Source: a virus
DNA length: 64,000 nucleotides
Reading direction: 5' to 3' (one strand)
IMG/VR virus record: IMGVR_UViG_3300045988_074608
In this document: piece by piece, positions 37,901 through 52,767 of the stretch
Layout: every line of letters begins with the position of its first letter
Numbering within the stretch: the first letter of the stretch is position 1
Made by a program: the position numbers and the translations under genes
Notes under the pieces: model-generated
What the model was told of the DNA's origin: nothing
Databases searched by the model: none
The model's input: the letters and a program-made list of their open reading frames with translations, nothing else

Positions 37901-40900
37901 AAAGTTTAATAACAACTCGTCTATGTTTATGCTATAATCTCTATTGGATTCAAGATTACCTTTATAATAATCAGAAGCTTCTTTTATATATTTACAATAT
38001 CCAAAATCTTTTCTCCACTGTAATGGTACATATTTAAAGAACTTAACAAATCCTTTACTGTCTGCAGAAGACATAAATGCATATATTGCCAAATCATTTG
38101 CAATACCTCGCATAGCTTCTTGTAGTTTAGGATTCTTATCGTTTGTATAATTAAGCATATCTTTCCAAGCTTCTATATAATCATTACTTACAGCTGAATC
38201 ATCTTCTGAAGTATATGTCATAGAAATTATATCATAATGAGGTTTACCTTCTTCTGCAAAATAATGTACAGAATGTAGTTTTTCGATAAGTGGATTTATT
38301 ATAGTTCCATTTTGAGTAAACTGTTTTAACTAACCAGACTCATCTGATCGTAACAATCTCTATAACATTGTTATACGTTTAGCTAACGTACGATTGCCAA
38401 CAATTAGTTGCTTCCAATACGAATATATCGTATGATTTGTACCGTGTTTTTTGTTATATTTATCAACATAATCCTAAAAAGCATAATTAAACGCTTTCTA
38501 TTTTATGTAACACATCATCGCATTATTAACTGCTGTTCTAGTAGCTTTAGATTTATTATTCAATATACTTAAAATCTCATCTCGTTGTTGTTCAAATGAT
38601 TTTTGCATATGAATCATCTAATCTCCCAAAACCATATGTATGAATTCTGTACCATAATAAGTTTTATCGTCAATATAAGAATCATTTAACATCTATTCAA
38701 TATTACTATTAAATAATGTACTCTATTTAAGATTATTATATTTCGCTAAATACTACTGCTAATCTTGATAATTTATACCTTGTTTCTTAGTATCAATTTT
38801 AGTATATTGTACAAGATCTGACAGACCCTGTGCATATTTCTCAAACTCTTTCGAAGCGATGTATATCATTTGTTGGATTTCAGATACTTTTATATTTTTA
38901 TCGCGAATCTTAATAGTTTTATCTAAATCTAAACTTGAAACAGAATTTCCAGCTTTCTTATAATAATTTCTATCCGTTGCGAGTATTTGTAAAATAGTCT
39001 TTTTTACTGTTTTACCATTTTCATTAACTTCTACTCTAAAACCATCATTGCGCATAGGGTCTCCAAATATATCTACAATAGTAGACATTACATCATGTGC
39101 AAGCTAATCTTTATCAGATAGAGAACCATTTGCATATATTGCAGCAATACTTTTTGTACCAAAAGTCTTATTTATATATTTTTTTTCAGCCTCTTCTTTT
39201 CTCTATTGTGGAGATAAACCTGGATTATCAACTATCTAACCATCGCATTCATTATAAATCTATGCTAAATCTCTAATCACAGGATTATTTAAGAAATAAA
39301 ATGCATGTCTACCAAAACCTAATCTTATTAACAATGAACTTATATTATAAGTAGCTTTATTGATATTCATTCTCAAAACATAAGGATCTTTAGCAACATC
39401 TACGTGACCATTGATAAGTGCTGATATCCAAGATAATATAAATGATCCATCACAGTCAACACTTCTTGCTAAAGATAAAGCTCCTAAATTACTTAATATT
39501 CCACCATCTGATATAAATCCAACATCATATAATTGTGTCAAGATATGGTTATTATTGTTCAAAGCGTAAGGTCCGATACCAGTTTTACCTGTTGCGAAAG
39601 AACCTCTTGTTTCTACCTAAGTACTAAGCATTTCAAATTGATATGGTTCGTATGGTTTTGCAACAACTCCACTCTCAAGTTCTTTCAATACATTTTTAAC
39701 AAGAGATGTATCCTAGTCAATAGATCTTCTTAAAAGATGTGCATATCTTCCACCTTGTAATTCACCATTTTTATCAAGTGTTCCACAATCCTTTAATAGT
39801 GATATATATGTACGTAAAAGATCATTAGTTAACTATTTCTTCTTATCGGAAAGATTTTCAGAAGTTGCTGTATAACGGGATTTTCTTCTAATCTGACCTT
39901 CTTTATCAATAAAATCAACATCGTGTTTTACAAGTTCGTAGAATAATGTAGACATGTATAATTTATCAATATCGAAGTCAGAACCTGTTTGAGCTGTAAA
40001 TTCTTTAGGTAAGACAATAGTATCTCTAACAATAGGTAATACATCTACAAATCGTAAAGCTCCAATTGAAGATGTAGCCTGTGTAGGAATACGATATGAC
40101 ATAGTATTGGCTTCAGCATTATGCCACTCAGTTTCTCCAGTTTTTACACCAGATATTATATCATTATCGATCAGCCATTGTTTAGCCTTTTTAAAGTTAT
40201 TCTACAATCCTTTTGGAATGATATCCATAAAATAGTCTATAGATACTACAGCATCCATTGAACCTTCTTCATTGATCATACGTAAAGGTTTTCCACCGTT
40301 CAGTTTACTTTCAATATTTTCAGAACTAATAACCTTATACGGACTATCCATTCCAAAAACAGTTCTCTGATAAAATGCATTACCTTTAGTACGAATATCG
40401 ATGACATCAGTTCCTACTTTAGATGACAATATACTTTCAACCCAAGCCATATTTGAAACGCTGTTCAAATCTACATTAAAACCATCTCCGGCTTCATTTA
40501 ATTCTAAAGCTTCTAATATATTTTCATCAGCATTTCTATCTCGTAACTACTGTACTAAAAATTGTTGTAGATTTTTAAAGTTTACAGTACCGTCCTAGTT
40601 TGTAAATTTATTTTTCAGTTCATCCCAACTAAGTTTAGCAATCTCACGCATCGTGGACATTATCTTATCACGAACCTCGTTTGCGGACATTTCTTTTACT
40701 GTACCATCTGATTGACGTATATTATAAGTATCACCATCACGTAATGTACCCATACAAACCTTTAAAACCTGTGTACCTGCAGCCATTATTTCATCTACAC
40801 GTGGATCTGTGTTCAACTGTCTACGAATCCATTTATATTTCTATGTATAAATATGACCTGCGAAAGAAAATTTATTTATATCTTCAGCAGACATGTCTGG

Positions 40901-43900
40901 GTCAAACCTCTAAGCTCCTTGAGAGCCTGCTTTTACAGCAGACTACATCATACACATATCAACTCCATTTTTAGGATCGTTCATCTTATCATAAAGATGT
41001 TTTAAGAATCCGTATGATATACCTTTGAATATTGGGAACAATGCAAACTTATTATAAAAATGGACAGGTGTTCCATTTTGCATTCTATAACCAAAAGCAG
41101 AATATTTCTAAGTAGATATAAGAGCATTGTGTACAATTTCATAAGCTTTTGCATCTGATAAATAACTATTATTTTTACCACGTAATATATCAAAAGCCTC
41201 TTTAACATTTTCTGTAAATGCACCGCGTTGTTTCAACAAGTTTTCAGCCATCTTGTCGGTTATGAAAGCAGTACCATCAGTAACATTAACACCTTCCAAA
41301 TGTTTAGAATCATCGTATACATAACTATTTGTTTCGGATTGAACTTTCTTATCGATGATTTCCAAAATACCAGCTTCTTTTAACAACTCTTTCTGTTTTT
41401 CAACATCCATGTTGTTTACAATCTTGTATATTTCAGCTTTTTCAGCTTTGGATATATCTCGACCTTCGTATTCTTGTTTACTTAATAGTATGTTAACACA
41501 AGCTTCTCTATATTCACCTCTTTGGAATACTGTTTTTAAAGAATTTACCATTTCACTGGTAATCTACCAGTCATTTATTTCCGCAATTCTATATTCACTA
41601 GGTATTCCAGGTATATCTTCTCTATTGTTAGATCCAGTAGAACCAACACCTCCATAACGTTTAGTTTCATCAACACCAAATGTTACAAGCTATCCTTTAT
41701 CATTGTAATTAGTCTTGAAGAATTGTGGCATTCCTGTTACAAATCTTCTACCCTCTTCCATAGACATTAACTGTTTGCACATTGTGTCAAATACATAAGC
41801 TACTATAGCCTAACCTTCTATTTCTGCTTCACTCTTTAATGAATTATAACGCCTCTCTGTATTACCTATTCTAGAATTTCTATATGCGTTGGCAATAAGT
41901 GCTATTTTATTAACATCTAAGTAGTTATTTTTGTAGTTGAAATATTTAGCATTTTCAGCAGCACTTGACGTATTTGTCTATACTTCTATAATACCAAGAT
42001 CTACAAGATGTTTTAACTCGTCGTCTAATCTATGTCTCAATATATCAGCCACTATTTTTCGTTTTTCCTCAATAGGTCGACTAAAATATTTTTCAACTGC
42101 TTTATTATAAGATTCGAGTATTCCGTTAGTTGGTGTACGATGTTTTTTTGCATCATCTGTAGATACATCATCTTGAAAATTGAATGATATGAAATTATCA
42201 CCTTCATAAATACCTGCCAATGATGTAAACCTTGCTCCGTTTTTACTACCTGTATGATAGTTTTTAATCATTTGTTCGGCAGGAAGTTTATCTTGCTCGC
42301 CATTTGGACCATAACCTAATTCACGAATAGTTTTCTCAACATTCCTACGTTCGCATTCGAAATACTCTATAAATTGATCTAATACATCGTTTTGTTGATA
42401 TCCTTTGCTTAAATCCTCTAAGTTAAAGAATATCTAACCTGTAAAATGATTAAACATAGGCAGTTTTCCAAATGCTGATATCTAATCATCAGTCATTTGA
42501 CTACTTACTTTAATATTATAGTCAAATCCTGGTAATTTAAATCCTCGTACAGACATGTATGTAGATTTATCAGACAATGTTGGCATTATTATAAGACCAT
42601 CAGATAGTTTCTACATTCTTGATATTTGATCTTCACGTTTTCCCATTTCTGAGAATTTAACGCTATCCGAACTATACTTAGATCCAGCATCGGTATCAAT
42701 AGATATTTCGTCTTTTACTTCTTTATTTAATAACTGCTTAGCTATAACAGATCCTCTTTTCTAACCGTCTTCATCTTCAAATACAACATACTCGACATCT
42801 TTCATATCATCCAAAATAGAACCTTTTCTAATCGAACCATCTGATTCAAAAGAAGTGTTCAAATCATCTACAACATCTGATACTGTATTGTTTTGAGCAT
42901 ACATATACATTTTAGTATTTCCAGCACCCAATGTCATCATTTCTGATGTTGCCATTTTATATTCAGATGTTGCTTCTGCAAGCATTGTTATAAATTGATT
43001 TTTAGCATATAAGAACGCTCCTGAATATTTACCGTCTTTATTAGAATCTCTTGTAAATACATTTAAATCACCTGATTTTACAGCATTATTTAATTTGTCA
43101 AGAACTCCGTCTTTTGATATAAGTGCATATATACTAACACCTCCACTTTTACTACTTGTCATCATTTCACGTAATGATTCTATATAATCAGTACTGTCTG
43201 GATTTAATTTGTGCAGTAAATGATAAAATGCAGGTTTTGTAATCATTACACCTATAGAATTAAATGCGTTAATTATATTACTAACAATGAAATCAAAATT
43301 AGCAACATCATTTATATCATATATTTTACCATTTATATCAATCTTAGTACTATCTCCAATTAAACCTTTTCTTATTTGATTCAATGTTGTAGCACAATCT
43401 GCAAATGTCGTATAATTTCTGTTTATATTGTCATCTTTATTATATAATCCGGTCAAACCAGACCTTACATAATCAAACCATGCGATTGGATATTGTCTAG
43501 AACTCTAATTAGTATTTGTCTATCTATATCTATATTCGTATCCTTTTTTATTACCTTCTGATTCATTTATAAACAAGAAGTTAAAGTTAAGTTTTTGTGA
43601 TTTAATACTCTAAAACAATAACGTAGTAAGTGTCTAATTGTTCTGATTCTATGCGTAAGTAGCACCTTGTAATATATCACCTGCTTTACATATAACTTTT
43701 CCGTTTTTACCAACAAGGTCTTTAACAAGACGTACTTCAGTAGGATACATAGCTTGTTCACTTCTATCTTCTGTATTACTTATATAATACTCTGGTTTTA
43801 CAATAGCTCCATGATAATATACTTTTGGAAAACCTGCATATTTTTCATATTGTTTTTCTGTAAAACGTAGATAAGATTGATAACGTAATCTATACAAAGA

Positions 43901-46900
43901 TTGGGCTATTCTTTCGAACATGTAATCGTTTTCTCCAAGTCTCCTTAATTGATTATATAAATCAGATACATTTTTAACATCGTGTAATTCTGATAACAAT
44001 CTCTGATGTACTGATTTGAAAGATAAAAATACAGGTCTACCCATAGAGTTTACTGTCTAAGGTATTGTTGCACGTTTTGGCTTACCATTTTCTTTGACAA
44101 CTTTTCCATCTTTATCTAAAACGTACATACTTTTAACTACACCAGATGCTACATCTTCTTGTGTTACATATCTAAGATTAGGTATAGTACTCAACATCCA
44201 TTGTATAGGAGCTGCAACATCATCAGACATAGAATGAGAATAGAATTCGTCTGCGTGTCCTTGAATATCATCAGAAACAGCACTTGTTATATCACTATCA
44301 AGATCTTCTTTTCTTTGCGCGTCTCTGTCTTTTCTTTTGCGAATACCCATCTATTGCAATTTAGATTCCAATAATGGTTGAGCTATCTACCAATTCTAGA
44401 ATAATTCACGTATAATTAATGCATTATCTCGTGTCAATGCAGGTAATTTACCATCTTGTACAAGTTTATCAAGTTGTTCTTTTGTAGCAGAACCTCCTGT
44501 AATCTAAACATACCATTTAGCAAATGGTGAATCTTTTGCTAAAAGTGTCTATCTATCAAATTTAAGCTTTTCTATATTATTACCGAGAATATCAATACCT
44601 TGTTTTTGAACAATTACTGGTAATAATGTTTCAACAACTTCATTTAATTGTTTCTAAGTATATATGTATTGTAATTGATGATCTTTACCTTCATTGTCCT
44701 ATATTGTCATGTTAAGACCTTTTGGGAACAATCTGTTAAAACGTTCCATATTTTCTTTCGAAGCTTTACGAGAAGAGAATTTACCGTGATCTATTGCTCT
44801 AAACGTACATGCCATCTTAAGATTACGTGTTCTTATAAAAGCGTTCAATGTATTATACAACCAAGCAAACATTCTTAATATTTTATTTTTAGGTTGCCAG
44901 TTGTATTTAGAATATGCATAGAACATATCAGCAAGACCTTCAGCAATCTACTCTTCTGATAAATCTTTATTTTTACGCTTTTTCTTATACCAATTATAAA
45001 GAACGTTTCTTTCTTCTTCACTCATTAACATTTCAACAACGTAGTGAAATGATTCATGATATTGTGCATTATTTTCAGCTTCGTACGATAATTTAATAGC
45101 GGCACTCATACAACGTCCAACAACATCACCATGCTATGTTTTTTCTATAATATCTTTTACTGGAAGTATTTTAACACTGTCTCCGCATATTCTACGCACA
45201 TCTTCTGTCGCTTTTTTCAGCCCTTCTTCATCTTTTATAGGATGTTTAGCTTTTTCACGTTGTACCATATTCCAACCGTCATCACCAAACATATCATCTT
45301 GAGCAGATAACATATCATCAATAGATACATCTTGACCATCTATGTCATCTAATACAGTTTCATCAGATTGAGGTGTTTCAGGTTGCGTGTTTATCCAATC
45401 ATCGATTGCAGTTTGCATTTGGGCAGATTGTTCTATAATTGCACTAGGTGTTGTATCATCTACAGAAATAGCTTCAAAATCAGATGTACTTACCAAAGCA
45501 TCGGTTATTCCAGAATATTCTGACTAGAACCAATTATTTTTAATCATCCACGCAATACCACTTATGTTATTTTCAACATCGTCTCTTGTTATTACGAATT
45601 CATCTGAATATCTGATAGATTGTACATTTGGGTTTTTATCAAACCATTCTTTAACACCATTAAACAATCTACTAACCTTTGAATTTTTAAAGTTATCACG
45701 TATTAATAATGTATTCTGCACATTCAAATATCCATTTGTTGACAATTCCTGACGAAGTTTTTGCAAATCCTGATCATTTTTAAGATTATATATTGTTTTA
45801 GTGTTACCTCCATCGTAACTCATATATACTTTATTACGATCAAGATTACCATCTTCATCTTTTACATAATCAAATTGGAATTTACTGTCTGTTGCGACAG
45901 CTCCACCTCCGAATCTTATAAGATAATGTAACAATTTAGAATTATCTATAGGACCTTGTATTTGATTGCCATCTTGGTCAATTACATTAGCTTTTGATTG
46001 TTTCTTTCCTGATATATTTGTTAGAATATCAACAATAAGATCTGCTGCAGATTGTGACATTTTACCAGGTGTCAATGCTATTAATGCTGTATGAGGTACA
46101 GCACCCTGTTCAGAATCTTCAGCGTAATCCAATGGTTTCTGAATATATACAATACCTGGTCTTGACAAATTCTCATCATTTACAGCTTCTCGTTGAGATG
46201 TTCCAGATCCAACCTTATAATCATCACTATCTAATCGTCTTAAAGTACCCTATGAATCCGATATCAATAACATTGGTTCCCCGTTTTTATAATCTAACAA
46301 ACCATTTATCTAATCGTCTGTTAAATCCAAACGTTCTTTTACATTGCCAGGTTTATTATTATACTGATATTTACCATTTGTCCTACTAAGTCCTTTTAAT
46401 ACAACTTTTATTTTTCCAGATTTTATATCATCTTTATTCTTTTGATAAAAATCTATAAGTTTATTTCTAAAATCTTGTTCAACTGCGTATATAAAAGATA
46501 TTTCTGCAGTAGCTTCTTTTGAAAGAATTTGTCCATTATATGATATTTCTTTAAATTTCAAATATGCACCACATGTAGCAGCAGTATCTGAAAATTTTGA
46601 AGCTTCAAAATCTATTACAAATTGTACATTTTTAATAAAATCTTTTTTAGTAGTCCAATCTTTAAATACTTGTAATGCTTTCCTTTGTGCAGGAGTTATT
46701 TGACTTCTATCTTTAGCAAGTCTGTTATAATGTTTTACATATTTATTATTATATACTCTAGGATTTGGATGAAATTTACCTTGACCAGGACCATTACCTT
46801 TGTTAGTTTTATCTGCTAAATGTTGTTCTACAATTGTTTTAAATCTTGTCAAAATATTTTTTTCTCCTTCTACCCATTCTAAAGCTTGTTTAAGAACAGA

Positions 46901-49900
46901 TAATGTATTATATCGATCGATATTTTGTTCGAATTTAGTTACAGCATCGATGTGTGCATTATATTGTTGACTAATTGTTGCATCTTTAACATTCTACATT
47001 AATGTATCAAGAGCATCTAATTGATGTTTTAATTGTGCAAAACTTAGTTTTACATTTTCTCTAGCTTCATCTATTTGCTGTTGTATATCATGTAATTGTT
47101 CAACATATGTAGTATGTACATATTTAGGGTCCTATATTGCCAAATCGACCATTTGTATAGGTTGTACGTCAGTTATAGCAAGCAATTCACTCCAGTTATC
47201 ACGTGGACTTTTAGTAGTTACGGTAATACCCATTAATTGTAAATTACAAACGCTACTACCAGTACATTCCTAAATCATTTGTGCATATGCATTTAACTAA
47301 TTTGTATATACTTCTCTAGCAGTGTGTTGTTGACGTCTTCCGAATGCTGAGGTTTTACCATAATCCTTATCAAGAGCCTCTCTTTTCTTTTCTGTCTAAA
47401 TATTTCCTCCAACAGTACCACTAACTATTACATCTTGTAATTCAAATGAGTATTTAGATGTTTTAAAATCTATAAGAGTTATATTACCATCTGGCGCTAT
47501 TGCTAAAAGGTCAGGTTCACCAGCTATTTTAACTTTAGTTCCATCTGGATTAGTTTTTTCATAATATAAACAAGTTGGTCTTGTATATAAAACATAACCC
47601 AAAGTCTCCATTTTATCCTTGAATTTCTTAAGATCATCTACGAGTTTATCAAAAACTTCTTCAGGAATTCTTTGATCCACATCTTCATAATTCAAGGTTT
47701 TACCTGCTAATATATCACGAGCTATTCCATCTATTATAGAACCAGATATTACAGAAGCACCAGGTAAGAATAAATTTGTATCCGTATGTGCAAATAATTT
47801 AGCGATAGAATTTATAGTTTCATCGCTCTTTAATATATCGTCAGTTTGAAAATAACCCTCAGGATTTATCTTACATCTCTCTGCTAATTCTGAATCAGTA
47901 CCATATAAACGAACAGCTGTATTATAATAATCATCAGCCATTTGATTTATGGCTTTTATGTATTCATTTTTGTAACCTTCTATAACATTTGTACTATCAT
48001 TCCTCTTAATAGAATCTAACCATGCATCTCTTAGTTTTTGTAATGTATTGGTATTTTTCTTTATAGCATCTTCCTATTCTTTTGTATTACGGAACTGAGG
48101 TTCCATCATACTATGAAGACGACTATACATTTCAATCCTACCATTTGTTTCAATGAAATAGTTATTTCCTGTACGCCATTCGTAATGATATTTACTATTA
48201 GACGCAGAATATTCATCTAATACTTTTATAGTTTTAGATTGATCTTGTGTTATTACAACATTACCATATTTTATATTAGTTTCTGGCGCAACATACGGAG
48301 TTTTAGGCTGTTGTGCAGGTTGCACAGGTTGTACTATAGGTTTTGCAGGAGTTGGATTTAATAACTTCTTATAATACCTTGCATAATTATACTCACTTAT
48401 TGTTATTTCCTAATCATTTAAGAAATATTTAAACTTACCATTTTTCTATTTTCTTTTTTCTAATTTTGCACCGTTATTTAACAAATTGACGATTCGCATT
48501 TCTTTAGTACGATAACCATCATCACTTATAGCTCCAAGATTAGTTACTAACTAATCAAATTTCTTTTGATTATATTTTCTGCTATTTGCATAATCCGCTA
48601 ATCTCTAAATAGAACCTTTATAATCAGATGTTAAACCAGGAGCCTTAGCTGCAGCACTTTCATAAGATTCTCTATCCATCCATTCTTTTTGAAAATCTTC
48701 GAAAAGCTTCATACTAGAACTTCTATAATTATCAAGTCTATTACGTTCTTCGTCAGTAAGTTTATCAAGTTCAGAATCGTTTAATGCTACATAATCATCG
48801 TATTGATCTTTTGTCTTTTTCAAACTTTTACCACGATCATCATATTCATTTCTAGAATCAAACCATTCTGCCTTATCAAACTATTTGTTAGTTTTGATTA
48901 ATTTATCATTTTCAGAATCATACTCATAAACTCTACGTATACCATCTATGTCATCACGTACAACATATGTCTTACCATTTCTAGTATACGTATTATTATC
49001 ATCGGTTATTACTGCAGAATCTAATTTCTGTCTATCTAACTCGTCGTTATAGAAATCATCTTCAACACTCTGACGTAACAATTCATCTTCTTTTTTATTT
49101 TTCAAATATGCTTCAACAGAACTCTTAGCAAATTTTGGATCTTTTACTAATTTGTTAAGCATTTCATTATTGAATTGTAACTGTATCGAAGCATCAGAAA
49201 GATCGCGTTCTGCTGCAACATAATCATCGTCTATATGGAATCCTTTGCTTTCTGCAAACTTTTTCACATCTTCTTCGGTGTCTAATGCAATGTTATCACC
49301 ATATACCTCGTGAATACGATCTTTGGTTTTTTGGACGTCATAATCAACTTTAGCTTTTACAGATTTTCCACCTTTCAACTCTTTGATTTTTTGCATATCA
49401 TTCAACAATTGTTGAGTCTACATTTTACCAATAAGTTGATGTATTGTTATAAGATTACTATTATTTGCTTCATAAGCACGCTGTAAATCATCAAACATGT
49501 TTACAAACTTAGCATCATCTTTATATTTATCTGCAAGTTTATATCTACCGTCTTCCCCTTTTTCTATTTTAAACTGTAACTAATTTATTCTAGGATCACT
49601 TGCTCTATTTGCATCTAAGTAATCTTCAAATGACTATGTTACATTTAAACCGATAAGATTATTTAATTTTTCTTTATAAAATTGATCAGCTTCTGCAATA
49701 GAATTTTGTCTACCTGCTAATACTGCAATGTATGTATCAAAGTTTTTCTACATCACAGAACGTTCATTTGTCTTCTTTATAGAAAGATTATCTTTTATTT
49801 TCTATTTCCATGATTTATTTTCATCTTTCTCTAAAAATCCAGCACTTGTTGCGGTTTTACGTACATCTTCATTTTGTTGTAATATTCCGACTGTATTTAC

Positions 49901-52765
49901 AAGTTTTCTAAGGTTAGCAACATGATCCGACGGTATTCCATAACTAATATTATCTTTATTACGCTCTTTCATATCAGATGTGATACCTTCGTACTAATCT
50001 AACATCGCTTTAATTTTAGAATAATTACCTTTACGTAATTCTTTAGCAAATATAGACGCTTTCGCAAGATAATCTTTATCTGAAATATCGTCAGCTAATA
50101 AATTATTTAATATAAGATGATCGAGTTTAAACTGTTGATATGTATTAGCTGCACCTCGTACAGCTATATTAGGACCACCTTGTATCAAAGCTCCTAAAAT
50201 ACCACCATGCATTTGTTCCCATATATCACGTTCTTGTGCTGTAGCTTGTTCAGGATCTTTAAATAGAAAACTAGACCATAATTTAGCACCATCCAATACG
50301 GTCATAGGAAGCTGATTTAAAACATTATAATAAGCATTAGACATCTCTTCTACACGCTCATATTGTTGTTGTTGCTGTAAACCTTCTTCAGCACCTTCGG
50401 AATACATACTTGCTCCAGCTCTCCATCCGAAATCTTTAGCAACCTTACCAGCAGTACCTAAATATCTTCTATATCGTAATACTCTTTCTGGTATAGCAGT
50501 AGCCATATCTATAACATTTGCAGAATGCTGCAATGATTTTTCTGCCATTTTTGCTAAAGCTTTGTCTATTTTACCTTGTGCAAAATTTCCTACTTTTTGC
50601 ATCAAGACAGGTATTCCAGATTCTTCTATAAGATCTTTTGTAATACCTCTTACAAAATTAGCAGGTGCATTTAAAGTTGTTCTAATACCATTTACAGCAT
50701 TTGTAACAGCTGCATCTCCACCTTCTGATAATAATTGTTGAACTGCCTTTCTAAGCGATGTTTTACTACCATCTGCATATTTGCGTAAAGCCATTTTAAA
50801 CGCTAACCTGTCTCCTTTTGCAGCTAATTTATCAGTTAGAAATCCAACCTTAGAATTTTTCGCAATACCTCCCATAGGCATACAAGACACAATAGCATCT
50901 GTTAAAGAATCAAGAGTATTAACACCCATTCCTTGATAATATTGTTTTGCAGAACCTGCGGTAGCATCTAATAAAGTCTGTCTTATTTTAAAATCATTTG
51001 GAACATATTTACCGATATAGAAAGCATGTAATATATCATCAACAGTAGCACCTTCTCCAAGCTCTTTTCTACCTTCGTTTACAAATTTATCAAATTGATC
51101 ATTTTCAATAAGAAGTTTTTTAGCTAATACATCTGTAGCATCTGATACGTTTGCAAAGTTCTCATCTGCTCCAGCAGCCATAGAAGATGCAAAAGAAACA
51201 GCTCCAGATGCAAGTGCTATAGAAGCACCTGCAGTTTCAGGTGCTAATATTGAACCGAGTAAAGCTGTAGCACCGGCTCCCATTGAAATTAAAGTTTTCT
51301 CTGGAGAAGACATTGATGAAGCGAGAAGACTTGGTGCCATCCACATTTTTGCAGGATTATACCATGCTAATGAATTAGCAGCAGCTTCTCGTTTTCTATA
51401 ATAATTCGAAACTTCATATCCTTTTTGATATTTCTCCAAATCTTTTTTATCAATCTCATAATCATTTCGCCACAAAGCTTTCATTTGTTCAGCTCTACTA
51501 TTGAATTGTTTATATATATTATCCAACTATGTACGAGCTTGTTTTGCTGCAGCAACATCTCCTTTCTCAAGAGCCGCTTTATACTTTGTGATATTTGCAC
51601 CAAATCCATGTAGTTTTGAACCAACGCCAGTTCCGAAATCCAAATATCCAATATCGTGTAACAAAGACTGTGCATCAGAAACTAAATCTCCAGCCCACGT
51701 ATGATTTTCAAAAGATATTAAATCTTTAAATACGTTTTCTTGTTTTTCTTTCTTTTGTTGGAGTTGATTTATTTTTTCTTTAAGATTGTCCCAATTAAGA
51801 CTCTCTTCCTTACTGATACCTTTTCCGCTAACATAACGATTTCTAATATCTTCAAACTATGCCTAAGTATTTTTAAGTTCAGTTACAGTTTTTTGATATT
51901 CATCTAATGCTTCTGGATTTACCATGTTTTGTTGCTACATTAATGTATTCATTTTACCAAGACTTGTAGCCATCTAGGTTTCGTTTTTAGAAATACCAAA
52001 AACATGATATGCATCTTGCAACAAAGAATTTTTTCTATTTTTATCGATATTATCTGCAATTTTTTTACCACTCCATAATAAAAAAGGAGCTGCTATCGGA
52101 TTCTAAATACTTTGTAATACAGCATTAGCTATAGGTAACATGCTATCATAATAACCTTTTGGAGCTGTATCACCATCGTCCTATTTAAAATCCTCTGGAT
52201 GCATTGTTTGATACCAACGTACTGTTTTATCAATTTCGTAATCCAATGCTTTTGCCTAACTTCTCAATTGAGCAGCTGCTTTAGGATTAGATTTTTCAAT
52301 ACTTGTAGCTGCGTCATTATAAGAATCTCTATCTTCCATAAGTCTTCGTACTCTACTTCTGGAAGCTCTTTTATCTAAATTTTTATTTTGTTCCCGTTGT
52401 CTATTTTCAGCATCTCTCTGTTCTTTTGTGAACACTTTTCTTCCAGGAAAAGACCATTTATATTTAGATAGATTCGGATTTTGTGGTATCAGAGAAGTAA
52501 AATCGGTATTATTATTTTGCTGATTGTTATTCTGCCGATTATTATCCTACTAATCATTTGTATCTGATGACAATTCTTTATTTTTACGATCAGCATCTCT
52601 TTTCAAACGTTCGTTTAATTGTCTCTCAGCTTCTTCATCTTCTCTCTGTTTTCTTAAAATATCCTATCTTTTTCGCTCTTCTGATTTTCTCAGACGCTCC
52701 ATATATTTCGCACGTTCGTCATCACGAACTCGGTACGAACCTCTTATTAAGCTATTTATATCCAT
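34931..52765 (-). CDS. giant multidomain virion-type protein with RNA polymerase motif, 5,944 codons with TAG read as sense
   Basis: About 30 tracked fragments from 35270 to 51526 share one frame and all end on TAG. A codon-by-codon hand scan of the gaps found about 96 in-frame TAG and no TAA/TGA. ATG at 52763-52765 lies 2 nt after the upstream stop. The ORF ends on TAA TAA (34928-34933). Confidence 0.7.
35726..35749 (-). other. CxxxCxxC cluster of a DUF1848-like (radical-SAM-like) module
   Basis: ..NCASSCVYCYAHH.. lies downstream of ..ASEHTDPVFF...TLRIDPIIPGV... (36622-35801). Confidence 0.45.
39965..39979 (-). other. DFDID metal-binding motif of crAss-type virion RNA polymerase
   Basis: ..AQTGSDFDIDKLYM.. 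I verified the codons GAC TTC GAT ATT GAT on the - strand. Confidence 0.65.
47462..47512 (-). other. PD-(D/E)XK nuclease core inside the giant ORF
   Basis: ..GEPDLLAIAPDGNITLIDFKTSK.. (D...D-x-K). Confidence 0.5.
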
Positions 52766-52767
52766 AA

